Positions 55,790-64,000 of a stretch of 64,000 nucleotides of DNA are shown here, in pieces. Under the pieces are notes generated by a model that was not told the DNA's origin, made no database searches, and was given only the letters and a program-made list of their open reading frames with translations. Where the stretch lies: assembly GCF_009914755.1 (NCBI RefSeq), contig NC_060926.1; one strand, written 5' to 3'. The position numbers and the translations under genes were made by a program. The stretch is from the human T2T-CHM13v2.0 reference genome, Homo sapiens. Each line of letters begins with the position of its first letter. Position 1 is the stretch's first letter.

Positions 55790-57368
55790 TCACCCTATTA
55801 AACCTATTAATGGTTTGGGGAAAATTGGATACCCACATGTAGAAGAATGAAACTGAATCCCTATCTCTCACCTTATACAAAAGTCAACTCAAACTGGATC
55901 AAAGGCTGAAATCTAACATCTGAAACTATAAAAATTCTAAAAGATAACCTAGAAAAAACTCTCTGGATATTGGCCCAGGCAAATAATTTATGGCTAAGAC
56001 CCAAAAAGCAAATGCAACAAAAATAAAAATAAATAGGACATCATTAAACTAAACAGCTTCTGTACCACAAAAGATAAGAGGACAGACAAGACCAGAGGAC
56101 AGACAAGCCACAGAATAGAAGAAAATATCTGTGAACTATGCATCCGTCAAAGGACTAATATCCAGAATCTACAATGAACTCAAAAAAATCAGCAAGAAAT
56201 AAATAACCCCATCCAACAGTGGGCAAATGACATGAACAGATATTTCTTAAAAGAAGATTTACAAATGACCAACAAACATATGAAAAATGCTCAACATTAT
56301 TAATCATCATGGAAATGCAAATTAAAACAACAGAGATACTACTTTACCCCTGCAAGAATGGCCATTATTAAAATGTAAAAAAACAATAGATGTTGGCATG
56401 GATGTGTTTAAGGGAATGTTTATACACTGCTGGTGAGAATGTAAATTAGTACAACCTCTATGGAAAGCAGTATGGATATTTCTTTTTTATTTTATTTTAT
56501 TTTTTTGGAGATGGAGTCTTGCTCTGTAATGCAGGCTAGAGTGCAGTGGCATGATCTCAGCTCACTGCAAACTCGGCCTCCTGAGTTCAAGTGATTCTCC
56601 TGGCTCAGGCTCCTGAGTAGCTGAGATTACAGGCGCCACCACAGCGCCCGGCTAATTTTTGTATTTTTAATAAAGATGGGGTTTTACCATGTTGGCCAGG
56701 CTGTTCTCAAACTCCTGACCTTGTGATCCATCCGCCTCGGCCTCCCAAAGTGTTGGGATTACAGGCATGAGCCACTGCGCCTGGCTAGATATTTCTTAAA
56801 GAACTAAAAGTAGATCTACCATTCCATCCAGCAATCTCACTGCTGGTTATATACACATAGGAAAAGAAATTATTATATCTAAAAGACACTTGCACAAGTA
56901 TGTTTATCACAGCACAATTTGCAATTGCAAATATATAGAACCAACCTAAGTGCCCATCGACCAATGAGTGGATAAAGAAAATATGGTATATATACACCAT
57001 GGAATACTACTCAGCTATAAAAGAGAACAAAATAATTTCTTTTGCAGCAACTTCAATGGAGCTGGAGGCAATTATTCTAAGTGAAGTAACTCAGAAATGG
57101 AAAACCAAATACCGTATGTTCTCACTTATAAGTGGGATCTCAGCTCTGGATATTCAAGGGTAGGCAGAATGGTACAGTGGACTTTGGAGACTGAGAAGTG
57201 GGAAGGTGGCAGAGAGTTGAGGGATAAAAAATTACATATTGGATACAGTGTACTCTACTTGGGTGATGGGTGCAATAAAATCTCAAATTTCACCATACAT
57301 ACAATTCATCCATGTAGCCAAAAAACACTTGTACTGCAAAAGCGAAGGGAATTTTTAAAAAATTAAAA
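55790..57368 (+). mobile_element. L1PB-like, 5'-truncated, containing an Alu
   Basis: ORF2 3' part and L1PB-type end (aaaaacacttgtactgcaaaagc); ~16-bp TSD AAGAAAATTCCCTTCT / AAGGAAATTCCCTTCT (55774-55789 / 57369-57384). Confidence 0.8.
56485..56786 (-). mobile_element. AluS nested in L1PB
   Basis: Full Alu; 10-bp TSD GATATTTCTT (56475-56484 / 56788-56797). Confidence 0.92.
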
Positions 57369-58739
57369 AAGGAAATTCCCTTCTAGTCCTAGTTTCCTGA
57401 GAGTTTTTATTACAAAGTGGCATTTTTGACTTCCTTTTGCATTGATTAAAAATAATATTAAGCAGCACTATATATATAGGAAAGGGAGCATATCAGGAGT
57501 GCAGAGAAACAGCTCGGTTTATTGCTGAACTACCCTATTCAAATATTTGAATTTGCTAGAGAAAAACATATGTATCATAGCCTAAAATGTTGATTAAGTA
57601 ATTAATTGCACTGTTTTTCAATCAATGCCCTATCAACTGATGATTTTTTCAAAGTTACTTTTTTTTTTTAAGTGTTTGAGGCTGATTGAACTCAGCTGTC
57701 TCATTGCACTTCCCTTTCACTTCTTTGGAAGAGTTAATAATTTGGTTTGCTGTTCTCTAGTGTACAGTATAAGGTTTAGATGGATAATTACATCACACAA
57801 TACATAGCAAGCCAGACTGCATTGGCCACTACTTGTTTCTGAGTATAATTTAAGGCGCTGACATTGCTTTAAAAACCTCTAAGTGTTTGTAGTTCTCACT
57901 ATATTAGAAATCACTGCTCCCAGTTGCAGTCTCAAAATAAGGAAGATTAGCCAATGTAGTCCTACTGATATTGCTCAAAATCTACCTTTAGGGGGCCAGG
58001 GTTTAGGCATTTATTGGCCTGACCTAATGTAAGGAAGGTCTTGTCTGTCCCTACCTGAAAAATCAACCTTGGGGTTTTTCAGGAGCTGGTGTGAGGCGTA
58101 CAGTTTTCAAATTTTAGGGTGGCATCTTAAAATTTTATAGCTGACTTTGTAAAACATGCAATATAAACTGCAATGTCACAAGGAATCTCTTTTTTTATTG
58201 CCATTATTAGCTATTTCTCCCTCAAGCAATTCTTAGAACATTTTAAAAATTAAACAAATATGGAGAGCATTTAAGAAAATGTGTGGCATGACATAATTAC
58301 AAATTTAGAACAAAGGCTGTTCATACATTCATTTTCTTACTAGTAAAATGTATTCAGTGGGTTTTGCAGCATTATTTTTGATTCTTGGACTGCACATCTC
58401 TGGCCAAATCTTTGTATTCCGTTTACTTCTCTTCCTCAAATCTGTAATGGTACATTACTATACAGAGATTTTACTTATACTATTTTAAGAATCCAGCCAT
58501 TGCATAAATGTGATAAAAACTTTTCAATTCAACTGTCTCTTTTCCTAGGAGAATTACAGTGAAATATCATTTAATACCGTTGCAACTTATTTGTGCTTCT
58601 GAGTTTTCACACATTAACAAAATAATAAACATCAATTAGTTTACTTATCTATTAGGTTTACCATGGGGGGAATATTTACATAAACTTATATTCACACACA
58701 AATATAAAGATGCCTATGTTATACCATGTTCTGTGTCTT

Positions 58740-58980
58740 ATAGTTTGGCAGAGTGAAAAGAAGTCAGGCTTTGGAGTAACAGAACTGCACTTAAAGACTT
58801 GTTTGGCCAGTAGTTGAGTAATCTGGACAAATTACTTAACTTTTTGGCTTTTGGCTTCCTTAGGGTAAACTAGGAAGGATAACATCTACCTATTAGAAGT
58901 ATTGTATTAAACTAGATGAATTACATAAAGTTATAAAAATGACTGGACCACTTAAGGTTCTCAATAAATGATAGTTTCTA
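58740..58980. mobile_element. MIR SINE
   Basis: caggctttggagtaacagaactg...ctggacaaattacttaac...ataacatctacct...ctcaataaatgatag. Confidence 0.65.
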
Positions 58981-59359
58981 TCACTATAGTTATATTGCTG
59001 ATTTTATTGGCAATCTTCAGTGAATGATGATTTGATTTTATCATTCAGCTTGTATGATTCAGCCTATTAAGATTTAGCCCATAAGACCTATATTATCAAT
59101 TGACCCCACTTATGGCAAGCTAAGAAATATAAAGACAAACGTGAAGTTATATCAGCACATCTGCCTCCAAGTTGCTATGAATTAGGTTTCCCTGGCTCTC
59201 ATTGCAGTTATATCTCCTTCTCTGAGTTACCATTCTGTAATTTCTGTTTCTTCCCATTAGTAGCAGCTCTACCTGGGCAAGACAGCTAATTTTTAGAAAC
59301 TGGAAGAAAATACAAAAATGGCAAGGAGGGAGAGAGCATGGTTTAAAAATAGGAGAGTG

Positions 59360-59774
<415 letters not shown>

Positions 59775-59799
59775 TTATCCAAATATAATAAGTCTTCTA

Positions 59800-61685
<1,886 letters not shown>

Positions 61686-61935
61686 CATGTCTTTAATGCC
61701 ATTTATCTTCCAGCTATAGTGGATTACATAGAGGACAATGCCCTGTATTCCTACTTTTATGTTTTTTTTTTAAGTTTTTATATACATTCTATGTCTTTTT
61801 TAAATTCTCTCAATAGCTCTGTAACATGGTTGTTTTTCATTGTATGAGGAAATTGTGGATCAGAGAGTTTGTGACTCAAGATCACACATTAGCAATTGAT
61901 AAAAATGAGTTTTACATTTAATCCTCTCCTTCAAC

Positions 61936-64000
61936 CCTTTATTGAGATATAATTTATGTACCAGAAAGTTTACCCATTTAAGGTATATGACTCATTAGTT
62001 TTTAGAATATTCACAGGATTTTGCAACCCCCTCTGTCCTAAAATATGTTCTATATTATCTAATTTTAGAAAATTTTATCACACTCCAAAGAGAAACATTA
62101 TACCCATTATTCATCACTCTCCATCTCTTCCTTCACTCCTTCCTCCCTCCCTCTAGTTGTAGGCAAACACAAATCTACTTTATATCTACAGATTTGCTTA
62201 TTCTGAGCATTTCATATAAGTGGTGTAATACTTTATTTGACCTTCGTGACTAACTACTTTTACCTAGCGTAATGCTTGTAAGGTTTATTGGAGTTATGCC
62301 ATGTGTTAGCATTTCATTCTTGTTTATGATTCAATTGTTTTCTATTGTATGGATATGTCACACTCTGTTTACCAATTCAGCAGCCGATCAGCATTTAGGT
62401 TGTTTCTGCTACTGGCTACATGTAATGCTGCTTTGAACATTCATACGCAGGTTTGGATGCCCACATGTTTTCATTTCTCTTGGGTACCTACCTAGGATTA
62501 GAATTGCTGCATCACATGATAATTATATTTAACATTTTGTTGAACAGCCAAACTGCTTTCCAAAGGGGCTACATCATCTGACATTCTAACTAGGGATGTA
62601 TGGAGGTTCCAATTTCACTACATGTTTACTGGTATTTAGACTCTATTTGTCTTGTTGATTATAGCCATTCTTGCAAATGTAAAGTGGTATCACATTGTGT
62701 TCTTTACATTTTCCTAATGACCAGTGGTGTTGAGGATCATTTAACAAGATTAACCATTCATATATCTTACTTGGAGAAATGTTTATTCAACTCCTTTGGT
62801 CATTTGTAACTGGTTATTTATAATTATTGAGTTTTATTAATTCTTTATAAATTCTGAGTGCAAGTCCCTTATCAGCTATATGACCTGAAAATATTTTCTG
62901 CCAGTCTGAGGGTTGTCTTCACTTTCTTTTCTTTTCTTTTTTTTTTTGTTTGTTTTTTAAAGAAATGGGGTCTTGCTGTGTTGCCCCCGAGGCTGGAGTG
63001 CAGTGGTACAATCATAGTTCAGAACAGCCTTGAACTTCTGGGCTCAAGGGATCCTCCCACTTCAGCCATCCAAGTAACTGGGAATACAGGTGTGTGCCAT
63101 CATGCCTGGCTAATTTTCATGTTTTTTTAAGAAGGGGTCTTGCTGTATTGCTTAGGCTTAGGTTTGTCTCGATACTCCTGGCTTCAAGTGATTCTCCTGC
63201 TATGGCCTCCCAAAGTGTGGGGATTATAGACGTGAGCCATCATGCCTGGCCCTTTTCACTTTCTGGATGATGTCTTTGAAACACAAATGACTTCAATTTT
63301 GATTAAATACAAATTATAAATCTTCTCTTTGATTGTTTGTGCTAAGAAATCATTGCTTAACCCAAGTTCTCATATATTTAATTCTGTGTGTATTGAAAGA
63401 ATTTTATGTTTGGCTCTTACATTTAACTCTTTGATACATTTTGAGTTAATTTTTTGTGCATGCTGGAAGAAGGGGGTTGAATGTTATTTTTTATTTATTT
63501 ATTTTTTTCAGGTAAACATTTAGTTGTCTCAGCACTATTTGTTGAAAAGGCTGTTCATTGAATTATCCTGGCCCTTGTCAAAGATCAATTGATCACATAA
63601 ATGTTAGGGTTTATTTCTGGATTCTCAATTGTATTCCATTGATTTGTATGTCTATTTTTATGTCAGTAAAAAACTGTCTTGATTAAGGTAGCTTTGCAAT
63701 AACTTTTTACATTCTGAAGTGTGAGTCCACTACTCTGTTCTTTTTCATGATTATTTCCTTTTAGCTATTCTGAGCCTCTTGCATTTTCTCAATAATTTTA
63801 GGAGCAGGTTGGCAATTTCTGCCCCCACCCCCTCAAAAAAAAAGATCAGTTGGGATTCCGATAGGAGTTGTGTTGAATCTATAGATCAATTTATAAAGTA
63901 TTATCATCTTAATAAGTCCATGATCATGGGATTCCTTTCTATTAAGCTTTAAAAATTTTCTTTCAATGATGTTTTGTACATCATTGTAACTTTAAGTGTA
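61936..64000 (-). mobile_element. Ancient L1M (MB/MC/MD-like) 3' region, running past the window end
   Basis: tttattgagatataattta...tacccatttaaaggtata 3' terminus and degraded ORF2 antisense sequence. Confidence 0.7.
62928..63251 (-). mobile_element. AluJ-like
   Basis: Divergent Alu (aatcatagttcag, gggctcaagggatcctcccac); TSD TTCACTTTCT. Confidence 0.85.

Larger units (their letters stand above)
52370..57420 (-). mobile_element. Ancient L1M (MC/MD/ME-like) 3' region, interrupted by two + strand L1 insertions
   Basis: Old L1 3' phrases (tggcttctttcactcagcataat, tgagattcatt) at 52370-52870, resuming at 54170-55789 and 57385-57420. Confidence 0.65.

Overview
Human genomic DNA: AT-rich, dense in repeats, with no protein-coding exon, RNA gene, CRISPR array or CpG island that I can support. 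The species call rests on an L1HS-Ta element carrying human-specific diagnostic bases. Every long ORF in the track is LINE-1 ORF1/ORF2 sequence; the short ORFs are Alu, L1-antisense or microsatellite noise. Main structures: (1) an old L1M host (~11.1-21.6 kb) with a nested, internally deleted L1PA and a THE1 solo LTR; (2) a pure-AT microsatellite bracketed by direct and inverted copies of a nearby unique motif (22.8-24.0 kb); (3) a full-length L1PA4/5-type element (26.75-34.57 kb) carrying a younger 5'-truncated L1 in its ORF2, the two sharing private mutations in patches, which suggests gene conversion; (4) a 3'-truncated L1 fragment with an inversion (37.8-38.4 kb); (5) a young ~3.95-kb L1HS Ta-1 twin-priming insertion with a perfect 19-bp TSD (45.65-49.64 kb); (6) nested L1M/L1MA/L1PB/Alu, plus MIR, L2, MLT, MER20, MER54-like and MER94-like relics. 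I found no evidence of a new gene system; the notable biology is retrotransposon mechanics. Subfamily names come from remembered consensus sequences and need RepeatMasker/Dfam confirmation.
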